Assembly: GCA_964570875.1 (NCBI GenBank)
Contig: CAZMZE010000012.1
Location: forward strand, 73,948 to 137,947
From: an uncultured Dehalococcoidia bacterium
Lineage (GTDB): Bacteria > Chloroflexota > Dehalococcoidia > Lucifugimonadales > CATQGZ01
Length of the DNA: 64,000 nucleotides
Direction: 5' to 3'
Each line of letters starts with the position of its first letter. Within the stretch, counting starts at the first letter, position 1. Made by a program: the position numbers and the translations under genes. The notes beneath the pieces are model-generated. The model ran no database searches, was not told the DNA's origin, and was given only the letters and a program-made list of their open reading frames with translations. This document shows, piece after piece, positions 36,498 through 46,880 of the stretch.

Positions 36498-39400
36498 TTA
36501 GTGCGCAGTAGAATTAATTCTATGGTCAATTTCGCTCTTGAAGTCATTTAAAGATATTAACGTGTTTTCAAGACAATTTTGCCATTGAATACCAAGAACT
36601 TCCAGATCAAACCTGATTTGCTTATTACCTACAGTAATTCCTTTGTCCATACGCCGTTGAAGTGCTTGGCGAGCACCACCAGTTTCTTCAAACAACTCAA
36701 CTATAATCATTTCGCCAGCGCGGACAATTGATGCAACTCCACAAGTATTGGCCAGTAATTTAAGTCTTATAACATAAAAAAGGTTTTGTACTACGGTGGG
36801 AATTGGGCCAAATCTGTCTCTAATTTCCTCTTCAATACCAATGATTGCATCATTGTGTTGTAGGCTGATAAGTCGACGATACATACTAAGCCTAGTTGAA
36901 AGATCCTCTATGTAGGCCGAAGGAATACTCGCAGGAATGTTTATATCTACTACAGGTGTATTTTGTGGTCTCAAGGCTTTTTCAGCCCACCCTTCCTCTA
37001 GTTGGGGATTTTCGCTGCTGGGAGTATTTTGAGGATCACTTTGGTCAACTGAAGTTCTGTTTGCTCTTAATTGCTCTACAGCCGCCGATAAAAGTTTATT
37101 GTATAGGTTGAATCCAACAGCATGAATGTGCCCACTTTGCTCTGAGCCTAATATGTTCCCTGCGCCCCTGATTTCTAGGTCTTTCATTGCAATTTGGTAT
37201 CCAGCACCTAGTTCTGTTGCACGCAACATGGCTTTGAGTCTTTTTTCAGCAGATTCGGTAAGATTGGCTGATTGAGGTATTAGGAAGTAAGAGTATGCTC
37301 GGCGGGCACTCCTGCCAACTCGTCCCCGGAGTTGGTAAAGCTGAGATAAACCGAAGGTGTCTGCTCTATTAACAATTAAAGTATTCACATTTGGTATGTC
37401 TAGCCCGGATTCGATGATGGTGGTGCATACCAAGATATTCGTAGTCCCATCAGCGAATGCTACCATTGACTGTTCCAGTTGTTTTTCAGGCATTTGACCA
37501 TGGGCTATCGACACGCTTGCTTCAGGGATCAAGTTCTTTATGTATTCAGCCATATAGTCAATATTTTGGACTCGATTGTGCAGGAAATAGACCTGGCCTT
37601 GTCTATCAATCTCTCTTAAGGCAGCTTCTCTAATTAGGGAATCATTAAATTCTGAAACGTAAGTTTTGACAGGTAGTCTTTCGCCTGGGGCTGTGTCAAT
37701 TATGCTCATGTCTCGCACTCCAGATAGAGACATGTGCAAAGTCCTTGGGATAGGAGTCGCAGTCAATGTAAGAACCTCAACTTCTGTTCTCAATTGTCGT
37801 AAGCGTTCTTTATGTACCACACCGAACCTTTGCTCCTCGTCTACTATGATTAAACCTAACTGTTTAAAATTCACATCTTTTTGAGCTAGCCTATGAGTTC
37901 CAATGCATATATCTATGCTACCGTCGGATAAGCCGCTTAAAATGGTCTGTTGTTCTGCATTTTTTTTGAACCTACTTAGGACTTCTATCGATGCTGGGTA
38001 TGCTCCGAGACGTTGTTCGAAGGTCGAATAATGTTGCTGAGCGAGTACAGTTGTTGGGACCAGAACAGCAACTTGCTTACCTTCCATTACAGTGGTGAAT
38101 GCGGCTCGAATTGCTATTTCTGTTTTTCCATAACCCACATCGCCACAGATCAATCGGTCCATAGGCTTGATCTTAGCCATATCTTGTTTAACGTCTTCTA
38201 TTGCGGCTGCTTGATCTGGTGTTTCCACATAAGGGAAAGATTCTTCGAGTTCCTTCTCCCATTTGGTGTTAGATTTAAATGAATGGCCCTTGGCCAATTC
38301 TCTTGACGCATACAGAGTCAGAAGTTCGGCGGCTAGGTGCTGAGTTGATCGTGCCGCTCTTGACTTTGCTTTCTGCCATTCTTGGCCGCCAAGTCGAGTT
38401 AAAGATGGAGGATTGTCAAGAGGCGCGACGTATGGAGTAATCCTGTCAAGGTGTTCAAGCGGAACATAAATCTTATCCCCCTGGGCGTAATGCAATATTA
38501 GAAATTCTGATCCATTGTTGTCAGAGGGGTCAGGTTTGCCTGTTCCGACAAATTTGGCGATCCCATGTTCAACATGAACCACATAGGATCCCGGTTCCAG
38601 TTCTGCTAGAAGGGCCTCGCGATGTTTCAAATCTCTTTTAGCACGTGAGGCTTGTTTCACAGACCCGAATATTTCTGTATCAGTCAGCAATACCAATTTC
38701 TGTCCATTTATATCGATAGTAAATCCATCCGTTATGGATCCCCCTTCTTCTTGCACTACCATTACTGAACAAGGAATTGGGTGATCAAACAATGTAGATT
38801 GACGTTCTGTATCTTGAATATATTTACGTAGAATTTCCTTAACCCGGATGGAATGTCCAGTGACTGCTATTACTTGTGCTTTTTCGCGCATCAAGCGTTC
38901 TATTTCAATGTCTAACTGGTCCAAATTGCCTGAAAAATCAGGAGGTTGAGTGAAAGGAATGAGGTGTGTTTTATTCCTATCCAAATCAGTGGCACCCCAT
39001 TGAGTAAGGTCCAAAACTTTCTTGAATTTCCCTAATTTGTCCTTGATTTCAGTCCAGGGAAAATGCGGTGGAGGGAAATTAATTGGGATTTCCCCTCTGA
39101 GTTCTTTTGCAATTCGAATATTTTCAGACCTTTTCTCGTATTCTGATGCTTGGCCATCAATTTCTGAAAGGGAACACGTTATTAGAATAAAATCATCTTC
39201 TACGTAATCTATTAATGAACCATGACTGAACAGCCCTGTATAAAATCCTACCTCCTCAATTTCGGTACCCGATCTTATAAATTCAACTTCTGAAGTTAAT
39301 TTATTCTTTGTTTCTGTAGAACAATTAGAAGAATCAATTTTTTCAAGCAGTTGAGTGACTAATCCTTCGTTAATAAATTTAGGGAGGATTTCTTTAGCAG

Positions 39401-40088
39401 GTGAAATGGATGCCGAATTAGTTTGTTGGGACGAACGTTGCGTTAACTGGTCAAAAAACCGAATGGTTTCTATACGGTTACCCCAGAACTCAATTCTCAA
39501 GGGTGATTTAGAATCGGCAGGAAATACATCAATAATGCCTCCTTTCCGACTTGCAGTTCCGTTAGTATCCACAGTGGGTTGGAACGTATAGCCTAACTGG
39601 TCTAACGAAATAACTAATTGTTCCAAGGAAATGCTCTGGCCAATTTGGATTGTTATTGCGGCAGATTTGAAACTGCTCTGGCTAACGGTTTTTTGCATTA
39701 GAGATGTGGCTGAGGAGATTACCAATTTTGGTTCTAATTTAGACTTTGACAGCGTTGAAAGCCCTCTAAGTCTTTCATGAGATGTTATCGGATCCGATAC
39801 AAGCCGTTCAAAAGGCAATATTTCTGTCTCAGGAAAGAGTAATATTTTTGTATCGTCTCTAATCCAAGCGGAAATCTGATTTTGCAAATTCCGCGCATGT
39901 TGAGATGTGGGCGTAACTAGTAAAATCGAACGATCCAAATCATGCGCAAGCGTTGCTAATAAAAGTGGGGCAACTTCTTTCAGAGCCTCGGCTTTTGAAA
40001 ATCTACGGTTGAACAGGCTCAGTTCTTGTTTTAGCTCTGAGTATTCTGTGATCGAATTCAGCATTCCACCCAAAGGCCCATTGCTCAT
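36498..40088 (-). CDS. mfd: transcription-repair coupling factor
   Basis: 1196 aa. Walker A GDVGYGKTE, DEEQRFGV box, helicase motif VI QLRGRVGRS, N-terminal UvrB-homology region. Confidence 0.95.
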   Translation of the reverse strand: MSNGPLGGMLNSITEYSELKQELSLFNRRFSKAEALKEVAPLLLATLAHDLDRSILLVTPTSQHARNLQNQISAWIRDDTKILLFPETEILPFERLVSDPITSHERLRGLSTLSKSKLEPKLVISSATSLMQKTVSQSSFKSAAITIQIGQSISLEQLVISLDQLGYTFQPTVDTNGTASRKGGIIDVFPADSKSPLRIEFWGNRIETIRFFDQLTQRSSQQTNSASISPAKEILPKFINEGLVTQLLEKIDSSNCSTETKNKLTSEVEFIRSGTEIEEVGFYTGLFSHGSLIDYVEDDFILITCSLSEIDGQASEYEKRSENIRIAKELRGEIPINFPPPHFPWTEIKDKLGKFKKVLDLTQWGATDLDRNKTHLIPFTQPPDFSGNLDQLDIEIERLMREKAQVIAVTGHSIRVKEILRKYIQDTERQSTLFDHPIPCSVMVVQEEGGSITDGFTIDINGQKLVLLTDTEIFGSVKQASRAKRDLKHREALLAELEPGSYVVHVEHGIAKFVGTGKPDPSDNNGSEFLILHYAQGDKIYVPLEHLDRITPYVAPLDNPPSLTRLGGQEWQKAKSRAARSTQHLAAELLTLYASRELAKGHSFKSNTKWEKELEESFPYVETPDQAAAIEDVKQDMAKIKPMDRLICGDVGYGKTEIAIRAAFTTVMEGKQVAVLVPTTVLAQQHYSTFEQRLGAYPASIEVLSRFKKNAEQQTILSGLSDGSIDICIGTHRLAQKDVNFKQLGLIIVDEEQRFGVVHKERLRQLRTEVEVLTLTATPIPRTLHMSLSGVRDMSIIDTAPGERLPVKTYVSEFNDSLIREAALREIDRQGQVYFLHNRVQNIDYMAEYIKNLIPEASVSIAHGQMPEKQLEQSMVAFADGTTNILVCTTIIESGLDIPNVNTLIVNRADTFGLSQLYQLRGRVGRSARRAYSYFLIPQSANLTESAEKRLKAMLRATELGAGYQIAMKDLEIRGAGNILGSEQSGHIHAVGFNLYNKLLSAAVEQLRANRTSVDQSDPQNTPSSENPQLEEGWAEKALRPQNTPVVDINIPASIPSAYIEDLSTRLSMYRRLISLQHNDAIIGIEEEIRDRFGPIPTVVQNLFYVIRLKLLANTCGVASIVRAGEMIIVELFEETGGARQALQRRMDKGITVGNKQIRFDLEVLGIQWQNCLENTLISLNDFKSEIDHRINSTAH

Positions 40089-40193
40089 AGATTCACCTAC
40101 AGTTCTTTAATAAATAATACAGGCCCAAATCAAAATAGCTCAAAGCAACGCCTAGATTTACAGATAATTTTAGCATTTGGTTTGTGGTGCCAT

Positions 40194-41153
40194 CTAATCG
40201 TGCAATACTATTTGTAGAGCTTCGGAGATTTCTTGTTCTGTAGCAAATCCCTCGAATTTAGATGAAACTATTCCATGACTATCTAGTACAAAACTCCATG
40301 GCTCTGTCTGTATTCCCCACTCGTCAAGTATTGGCGATAGCTTCCCGTTCGCGATGTCTCCATCTATCTCATGGGGGTTATCCCATACCTCAATGTGTAT
40401 GAAATTAGCCTGGTGAGAATACATATCTTTTAAAATCTTCAATATTTTCAACTGAGGACCGCAAGTACTTGTTGAACAAAATGCGGGCGTAGCAAAAATG
40501 ACCACGGAAGGAATACCTGAATTGATAGCCTCAGAGACTGTAATTTTGTAGAGGCCCGAATCTGGATTGAGATCAGAGGTTAATTGGTCAATGCTAGCTA
40601 CTTTGTCAATAGTTTTGTTGATACTATGCGGAGCTCTAGAACCGATTGACGGTGTGTTGCTGAATTCAGCAACCTGAATAGCGACCGAACTAAATGAGGG
40701 TTGAGGCCTTGAATCAACAATTTTCATTGCTAGTCCCCACTCTCCGGGCCTTTCAAAATCAGCTGTTATTGTGTACACGCCTGCATTACTTGAAGGCCAT
40801 TGCCTAAATATTGCATCCATAGTCTCTATTGGCTCCGATGGTCCCTTGTCTGACAAATAAAATGTTGATACTTCAATGTCTGCATTTCTTAACAAGCCCT
40901 CCGTTTTGTCCATCAGGCCAAAAACTATGCGATTTGAACCAACGCTAATATCTGTAGATGCCAGAAGAATCTGAATATTTTCTGAAGCTGAGATTTTGGA
41001 CGCTACTGTGGGCGTTTGAATTGTACTAGGCTCCATACGTTCAGATTTCCCACATGCCGTAGCCAACAGTAGAGTACACATACAGAATGACAACAGGGTT
41101 ACTAACTTTCGGAACCAGATTGCGAATATCAATATTTTCTCCAGCACAGGCAA
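40194..41153 (-). CDS. lipoprotein with C-terminal thioredoxin-fold PrxQ/BCP-like domain
   Basis: 319 aa. Signal peptide with lipobox LLATAC (Cys34), a beta-rich middle domain, and a C-terminal VVIFATPAFCSTSTCGP (T-P-x-x-C-x4-C) followed by a thioredoxin-fold tail (EPWSFVLDSHGIVSSKFEG). TTG start; alternative starts are possible. Confidence 0.55.
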   Translation of the reverse strand: MPVLEKILIFAIWFRKLVTLLSFCMCTLLLATACGKSERMEPSTIQTPTVASKISASENIQILLASTDISVGSNRIVFGLMDKTEGLLRNADIEVSTFYLSDKGPSEPIETMDAIFRQWPSSNAGVYTITADFERPGEWGLAMKIVDSRPQPSFSSVAIQVAEFSNTPSIGSRAPHSINKTIDKVASIDQLTSDLNPDSGLYKITVSEAINSGIPSVVIFATPAFCSTSTCGPQLKILKILKDMYSHQANFIHIEVWDNPHEIDGDIANGKLSPILDEWGIQTEPWSFVLDSHGIVSSKFEGFATEQEISEALQIVLHD

Positions 41154-41278
41154 GGTGTTTCAGACTTGCGGTCAAGTCATCGGAGTCAACTCGCTGTGTT
41201 TTTATTAAGCCAATGCAAGTAAGTTAATTCAAACTAGTACAGTGATAAGAGATGACTCCGTAATGCCGTAAGAAACAC

Positions 41279-42088
41279 TTAGTCGCGAATGATTACTCCA
41301 CCGTCCACGTGTACACATTGCCCGGTAACATTACACGTGTCGTCGCTAGCTAAGAACGCAGCCATTTTACCGATATCTTCAGGAGTCTGGGGGCGACCCA
41401 ACGGTATTATCGAACTATATTTGTCCTCGAATATCTGTTCAGGATCAACGCTAGAGAGCGCAGGGTCATTCTGTTGGGTTGCGCGAGCTCCGTCTTCTTG
41501 GAATTTTGTCCAGACCGCACCTGGGCATATTGCGTTCACGTTGATGTTGAAAGAAGCAAGTTCGTCTGCCAAACCTTTTGAGTACCGTAGTACTGCAGCC
41601 TTACTAGCTGCGTAAGCTCCACCTAGTCTTCTTGGAGCATGCCCGCTCATAGAAGAAATACTGACTATTTTGCCGTACCGTCGTTCTTTCATGTGCGGAA
41701 TTACAGCGTTGCAACAGTGGACTACTCCTTTGACGTTCACATCGAACGTGGTGTCCCAGTCAATTTCTCGATCTCCCGATGAAGATCTGCTTCCTGCTGA
41801 AGCGACACCTGCGTTGTTTACCAAAATGTCTATTTGCCCCCATTCAGAGAGTACTTTGTCTACCGCTTGTTGCACTGACTGTATTTTTGTTACATCCATG
41901 ACTATTGCCATGGTGTTACCTTTTAGTTGACCTGAAATTCTTTGAGATGCTTCTTCATCCAGATCTGCTATCGCGACGTAAGCTCCTAGAGATGCCATGA
42001 CTGAGGCTATCCCTGTTCCTATGCCGGAACCAGAGCCTGTTACAATCGCATGTTTGCCAGTAAGATCTCCAAGCATATTGCACGACAC
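41279..42088 (-). CDS. short-chain dehydrogenase/reductase
   Basis: 269 aa. TGSGSGIG, NNAG, and YAASKAA (YxxxK). Confidence 0.85.
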   Translation of the reverse strand: MSCNMLGDLTGKHAIVTGSGSGIGTGIASVMASLGAYVAIADLDEEASQRISGQLKGNTMAIVMDVTKIQSVQQAVDKVLSEWGQIDILVNNAGVASAGSRSSSGDREIDWDTTFDVNVKGVVHCCNAVIPHMKERRYGKIVSISSMSGHAPRRLGGAYAASKAAVLRYSKGLADELASFNINVNAICPGAVWTKFQEDGARATQQNDPALSSVDPEQIFEDKYSSIIPLGRPQTPEDIGKMAAFLASDDTCNVTGQCVHVDGGVIIRD

Positions 42089-42101
42089 CTTTCTTTCTGG
42101 A

Positions 42102-42962
42102 TCAGATGCTGAAATTCATCAATTCGTCCGAGAATATCACTTCGCCGTCATATAGATTGCCTATTTCGCCGATACCTTGCTCCATGGGTCCGTGGGATGA
42201 TAGATGAGGTCCTATATGGACCAAGACCAATTTTTTGACACCAGCTTCCTGTGCCATTTTGGCAGCACCCGTTGTACCACACTGGCGATTGGCTTCTCCG
42301 TTATTGTCCATCAAGTCTTGGTTATCCCAGCACATGCAGAGCATTACATCTGCTCCTTTTGCCAGTTGAGTTACACTTTGACAAGGCTGGGTATCGCCAG
42401 TAAATACAATGCTACCGTCGCTAGTATCAAGCCTATATGCAAGAGAATCTAAATACGGCTGCACGTGTTCTGCATCGGCTGCGGATACTTCCCAGCCACT
42501 TCCAGAAAAAATTTTCCCTGGTCCTACATCCTTGGCCTGCACCTGCGGTGGCTTCCGGGGTAATTTGCCACCACGATTCATATATACTTGCTGACTGGTT
42601 GGATGGTTTATTCTTGCTTTCCAGTCGTGGGCGAAAAGCCCTTCATCACCAATGATGCCTTCTGTAATTTGTTCGGTTAAAGTTGGGCCGAAAACTTTGA
42701 GTTGGTTTTCTCTACCAATGCTTTGATCCCATCGGCACAACAGGAAGCATGGGTAGTCAACGTCGTGATCAAAATGATGGTGTGTAAAGAAAATATAGTC
42801 AATATCGGTGGGCCATAGGCCTGCTTTGACTAGCTTGTGAGTCGCAGATGGTCCGCAATCCACCATGATTTTATCGTCACCAGTTTCAATCGCGTATGAT
42901 GATCCAAATCGAGTTGGAGTCGGTGTTGGTGTTCCGGCTCCCAGAATATGGACACGTGTCAT
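42102..42962 (-). CDS. metallo-beta-lactamase-fold hydrolase
   Basis: 286 aa. THHHFDHD metal motif. RNase-Z/lactonase-like N-terminus (HILGAGTPTP). Confidence 0.8.
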   Translation of the reverse strand: MTRVHILGAGTPTPTPTRFGSSYAIETGDDKIMVDCGPSATHKLVKAGLWPTDIDYIFFTHHHFDHDVDYPCFLLCRWDQSIGRENQLKVFGPTLTEQITEGIIGDEGLFAHDWKARINHPTSQQVYMNRGGKLPRKPPQVQAKDVGPGKIFSGSGWEVSAADAEHVQPYLDSLAYRLDTSDGSIVFTGDTQPCQSVTQLAKGADVMLCMCWDNQDLMDNNGEANRQCGTTGAAKMAQEAGVKKLVLVHIGPHLSSHGPMEQGIGEIGNLYDGEVIFSDELMNFSI

Positions 42963-43208
42963 TTCAATAACCTATCTTTAGATTAGCGAATCTTAGCAGT
43001 AACTGCTTAAATAAAGCTATAGGTCATTGACAATCCATCGCCTATTAACCATCTGTTTTGCAGAACTAGCAGATTACGCCACACAAGTTTGTGTAAATGT
43101 ATGCTGAAATTCATCCTCGGTTGCTCTATGTTAGAATGCCGTGAATGCGCTAATCTAGTCAAATATGGAGAAGTTGGACCACAAAAGTCAACACTCGGAG
43201 GTTAATCT

Positions 43209-44306
43209 ATGAAAGTAACAGATGTAAAGATGGAAACATATAGATGGAAAAGGCCTAAGCCCATCAGGAATGGTCGCTATATATATCCAACTGCTGGATT
43301 AGATGTCATAAAAATCGAAACGGACGAAGGGATAAACGGTATAGGGTTGAGTGGTGCTGTACAAGAAGCCGAAGACATTGGCCGTAGCATAACTGAACAT
43401 CTAAAACAGTATGTAATCGGCCAAGATCCGTTTGATAACGAGCGCATATGGGAAGAAATGTGGCAACCGAAACTTGTTGGCAGGAGAGGTATAACAACAC
43501 GGGTTATCAGCGGTATAGATATCGCGTTATGGGATATTAAAGGCAAGGTGGCCAAAAGGCCTGTCTATAAACTATTGGGTGGTTACTCTAATACTGTACC
43601 TGTGTACATTGCTGGGGGATATTACGAGGAAGGCAAAGGGCTTTCTGATTTAGCTGAAGAGATGGAAGCAAGTGTCTCCTTAGGAGCCAACGCGATCAAA
43701 ATGAAGATAGGCGGAGCAACAATCAATGAAGATGTTGAACGTGTAAGGGTTGTGCGTGAAGCTGTAGGACCAAATGTGAAATTAATGGTTGATGCTAATT
43801 GTGCTTATCGTTACTATGAGGCCATAGAAATCGCTAGGAAAATGGAACCGTACGACATTTTCTGGTTTGAGGAACCAGTTAATCCAGATGATTACCAGGG
43901 GCACAAGCTCATAAGTCAAGCTACAGCTATACCAGTTGCCACCGGGGAAAATGAATATACTCGATATGGGTTTAGAGACCTGATTGAAAATAGGTGTGTT
44001 GCTATTATTCAACCTGATGCATTGATAATGGGTGGAATTACAGAATTCATGAAAGTGGCTGCACTTGCACAGGCACACGATTTACCAGTAGCACCTCATG
44101 GAAACCAGGATGTACACGTACACCTTGTGTCGGCGGTGCCAAATGGCCTCACGGTGGAATATTATCGTGACTCTACAGATCCAATGTGGGGCAAGATGTT
44201 CAAAGATACTCTCAAAGTCAATGACGGTTCTGTAAGCCCTCCAGATAGGCCTGGATTGGGCATAGAACTCAACACGGAACAACTTGCTCCGTACCGTGTG
44301 GGTTGA
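43209..44306 (+). CDS. enolase-superfamily enzyme, mandelate-racemase subgroup (acid-sugar dehydratase-like)
   Basis: 365 aa. KxK motif (AIKMKIG), metal ligands in VDAN / FEEP / ATGEN, and a later HG pair. RBS GGAGG 7 nt upstream. Confidence 0.85.
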   Translation: MKVTDVKMETYRWKRPKPIRNGRYIYPTAGLDVIKIETDEGINGIGLSGAVQEAEDIGRSITEHLKQYVIGQDPFDNERIWEEMWQPKLVGRRGITTRVISGIDIALWDIKGKVAKRPVYKLLGGYSNTVPVYIAGGYYEEGKGLSDLAEEMEASVSLGANAIKMKIGGATINEDVERVRVVREAVGPNVKLMVDANCAYRYYEAIEIARKMEPYDIFWFEEPVNPDDYQGHKLISQATAIPVATGENEYTRYGFRDLIENRCVAIIQPDALIMGGITEFMKVAALAQAHDLPVAPHGNQDVHVHLVSAVPNGLTVEYYRDSTDPMWGKMFKDTLKVNDGSVSPPDRPGLGIELNTEQLAPYRVG

Positions 44307-44344
44307 AAAAGAACTGAATTTCTAAGGATGAGATCGGAGTATAT

Positions 44345-44998
44345 TTATTCCTCTGTAGGCTCAGATTCCTCGGCTTCTTCACCTTCCAGACCTTCCTCAC
44401 CTTCTATTCCCTCAGTTTCGACCTCTTCTTCAATTTCAACTCTAGGTGCTATAACTCGAGCGACCATTTGATCAGGGTCTGCGGTGACAGTGACATTATC
44501 TCCAACGGTGATATCTCGTATGTAAACCGCTTTTTCAAAAGTGTCAAGATCTGATATGTCTATTTCAACCGAACCAGGCACATCCAGTGGCAGGCTTTCA
44601 ATAATTAGGAACTGTTGAGCTTGAATAAGAGTACCTCCTAAGTTTTGTACAGCAGGAGGTTCGCCAATCAATGTTATGGGTACTTGGGACTGTATGATCT
44701 TGGTGACGTCAACTCTTAGAAAGTCAACGTGTAACAACTCTTCGGATACGGGATGTCGTTGTATTTCCCTTATAAAGCAAACGTGATCTGCTTCGTCTCC
44801 AAGTACTTTAATTGTTACCGGTATATTGGTACCTACTTCAGGTATAATCTGTCCCAGGACTTGGGTCTCTATTTGGTGTGAGGAGGCTTCGATACCTGAA
44901 CCGTATAGGTGCACCGGAGTGTACCCCTTCTGGCGTAGTTGTTTAACCTTTTTCCCCGTTACAGTTCGGGGTTCAAGTTGTAAGGTATTATTGTCCAT
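44345..44998 (-). CDS. rplY: 50S ribosomal protein L25/general stress protein Ctc
   Basis: 217 aa. N-terminal L25 domain (REVTGKK-like RTVTGKKVKQLRQKGYTPVHLYG), a Ctc-type second domain, and an acidic Glu-rich tail. Confidence 0.85.
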   Translation of the reverse strand: MDNNTLQLEPRTVTGKKVKQLRQKGYTPVHLYGSGIEASSHQIETQVLGQIIPEVGTNIPVTIKVLGDEADHVCFIREIQRHPVSEELLHVDFLRVDVTKIIQSQVPITLIGEPPAVQNLGGTLIQAQQFLIIESLPLDVPGSVEIDISDLDTFEKAVYIRDITVGDNVTVTADPDQMVARVIAPRVEIEEEVETEGIEGEEGLEGEEAEESEPTEE

Positions 44999-45257
44999 AG
45001 TTAAGAGGCCTCTTCAAGTCGTTTATTTTATTGTCATCTTTTAGTCTAAGATCGGCAGTTTATTGTATCACAGGAAGGGGCTTACGGTAGAGAGTGGCGA
45101 CAGATTTGAATTTCTAAAATATCAATAGCTTCTACAGGCTATCATTGTTTTTTTTCAACAACTAACCTTTGTCTTAGCAATAACGTTATATAATTGGACG
45201 GAGTGTTAGCCAGTGGTGCTTCAAACCATTGTTGTTGATTTGGAGAGGAAATTAGAA

Positions 45258-45881
45258 ATGCAGGGTGAACGTGATACCCCGCATTCCGAAAAAGAAATTG
45301 TTGGCAAAGCCCAGCAAGGTGATGCTTTGTCAATCTCAATCCTGTATGAGAGATACTATGACAGGATATTTCGTTATGTTTCATTCAAGACTAGCAGTTT
45401 TGTAGAATCTGAGGATATTACAGCAGAAGTCTTTGTCAAAATGATCCAATCAATCCAGTCCTTCCGATGGCAGGGGTATCAATTCTCTTCATGGATTTTT
45501 AAAATTGCTCACAATTTAGTTGTTGACTACTACAGGAAAAAAAGCAGAGGTACGGCTGTACCATTAGAAGAGGCCTCATCTTTACATGATGAATCTTCTC
45601 TCAATCCAGAAGATGTTGAACATGTTGTGGATATTAATTTGAGGATGCAATCAATACAGGCTGGCCTCAGAGAACTCACGGACTTACAAAAAGAAGTAAT
45701 AAGACTGCGTTTCGTAGCGGGATTATCAATTGCTGAGACAGCATCTGTTGTGGATAAGAAAGAAAATGCTGTAAAAGCACTACAGCATTCAGGACTAAAA
45801 AAATTAAAAAAACTGTTGCCAGCAAATGACCTTCAAAAATTGGAAGGACAGTCAGAGATGAACATGGAACAGGAAAAGTAA
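45258..45881 (+). CDS. ECF-type sigma-70 family RNA polymerase sigma factor
   Basis: Region 2 (YERYYDRIFRYV...SWIFKIAHNLVVDYYRK) and region 4 HTH (LTDLQKEVIRLRFVAGLSIAETASVV). The ORF track starts at 45213. The ATG at 45258 follows GGAGAGGA. Confidence 0.85.
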   Translation: MQGERDTPHSEKEIVGKAQQGDALSISILYERYYDRIFRYVSFKTSSFVESEDITAEVFVKMIQSIQSFRWQGYQFSSWIFKIAHNLVVDYYRKKSRGTAVPLEEASSLHDESSLNPEDVEHVVDINLRMQSIQAGLRELTDLQKEVIRLRFVAGLSIAETASVVDKKENAVKALQHSGLKKLKKLLPANDLQKLEGQSEMNMEQEK

Positions 45882-46729
45882 TGGCAATAGAAGATATATT
45901 AGATGATTGCCTGAGGCGTGTGGCTATTGGTGAAAATCCTGCTGAGTGTGCTAAGCGCTACCCGGATTATGCGGAAGAATTAATCCCTTTGCTAGAAATT
46001 GCTGCTCTGACAGCACAAACTTCCAAGTCAATTCCTGTTAATCCAGAAGCACGGATAAAGGGGCTTAAAACAATGATGCAGGAGCTAGAAAAGCAAAATT
46101 CTGGTTCCTGGTGGAAAACACCTTGGTTTTGGAAGCCAATAGCCAAGCCAATTGTCGTTGGATTTGCTCTGGTATTAATTACAGCTATTGCTGCTGGAGG
46201 AACAACGGTGGCTTCCGCTTCTTCAGTCCCTGGAGACAATCTGTATTGGATTAAAACCACTAAGGAAACCATTTTTCTGAACATGAGCGGGTCTGATGTG
46301 CGTCGTGCTAAAGCACATGTGAATCTAGCTAGTGAGCGTGGTGAAGAAGTACGAAAATTGATATCTATTGGTAGAATCGATGAAGCTCACGATTTGGCTG
46401 GTCGCATAAGTCGACATCTTGGTAAATCAGCTACATTAATTGATGTAATGGTGCCTATACGACAAATTGAAATGCCATACAGGGAACGCCAAAGTCCGAG
46501 ACACTATATGCTAAAAATACGATCCAGCCTTCAGCAAGATGGGTTAAATTTAGATAAGCAACTTTTCCAGTTATGGATCGATGCTAGCCCTCGTGATAAA
46601 ACTGCAATTTACCAAATAATGAAACGCACCCGGCTTGAATATGCGCTTCTTATTGAGGCTATAGGAGAAAGAGAGCCTCGGGGGCATATATTTTGGATAG
46701 TGAAGCCACCAGACCGCAATCTCTACTAG
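45881..46729 (+). CDS. putative single-pass anti-sigma factor (DUF5667-like)
   Basis: 282 aa. Start overlaps the sigma-factor stop (TAATG). Has an N-terminal cytoplasmic helix region (DDCLRRVAIGENPAECAKRYPDYAEEL), one TM segment (PIVVGFALVLITAIAAGG) and a helical extracytoplasmic domain. The assignment comes from position and architecture. Confidence 0.45.
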   Translation: MAIEDILDDCLRRVAIGENPAECAKRYPDYAEELIPLLEIAALTAQTSKSIPVNPEARIKGLKTMMQELEKQNSGSWWKTPWFWKPIAKPIVVGFALVLITAIAAGGTTVASASSVPGDNLYWIKTTKETIFLNMSGSDVRRAKAHVNLASERGEEVRKLISIGRIDEAHDLAGRISRHLGKSATLIDVMVPIRQIEMPYRERQSPRHYMLKIRSSLQQDGLNLDKQLFQLWIDASPRDKTAIYQIMKRTRLEYALLIEAIGEREPRGHIFWIVKPPDRNLY

Positions 46730-46880
46730 AACAGCATACTGATTGTTCACGTGTGCGGACGACTTCCTCCTGCCTCTAGATTGAGGTCAACAAAAGCTAG
46801 AGAGAATCCGACTATATTTTTACAAGTATAAAATTTGTATAAAACAACAATATAAAGGCCTTATAATGTATTGCGCATAA

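Noticed and set aside
45003-45014. 12-bp perfect palindrome AAGAGGCCTCTT at the L25/Ctc translation start region.
   Set aside because: It has no loop, so it cannot form an RNA hairpin. It coincides with the GAGG ribosome-binding site and is probably incidental.
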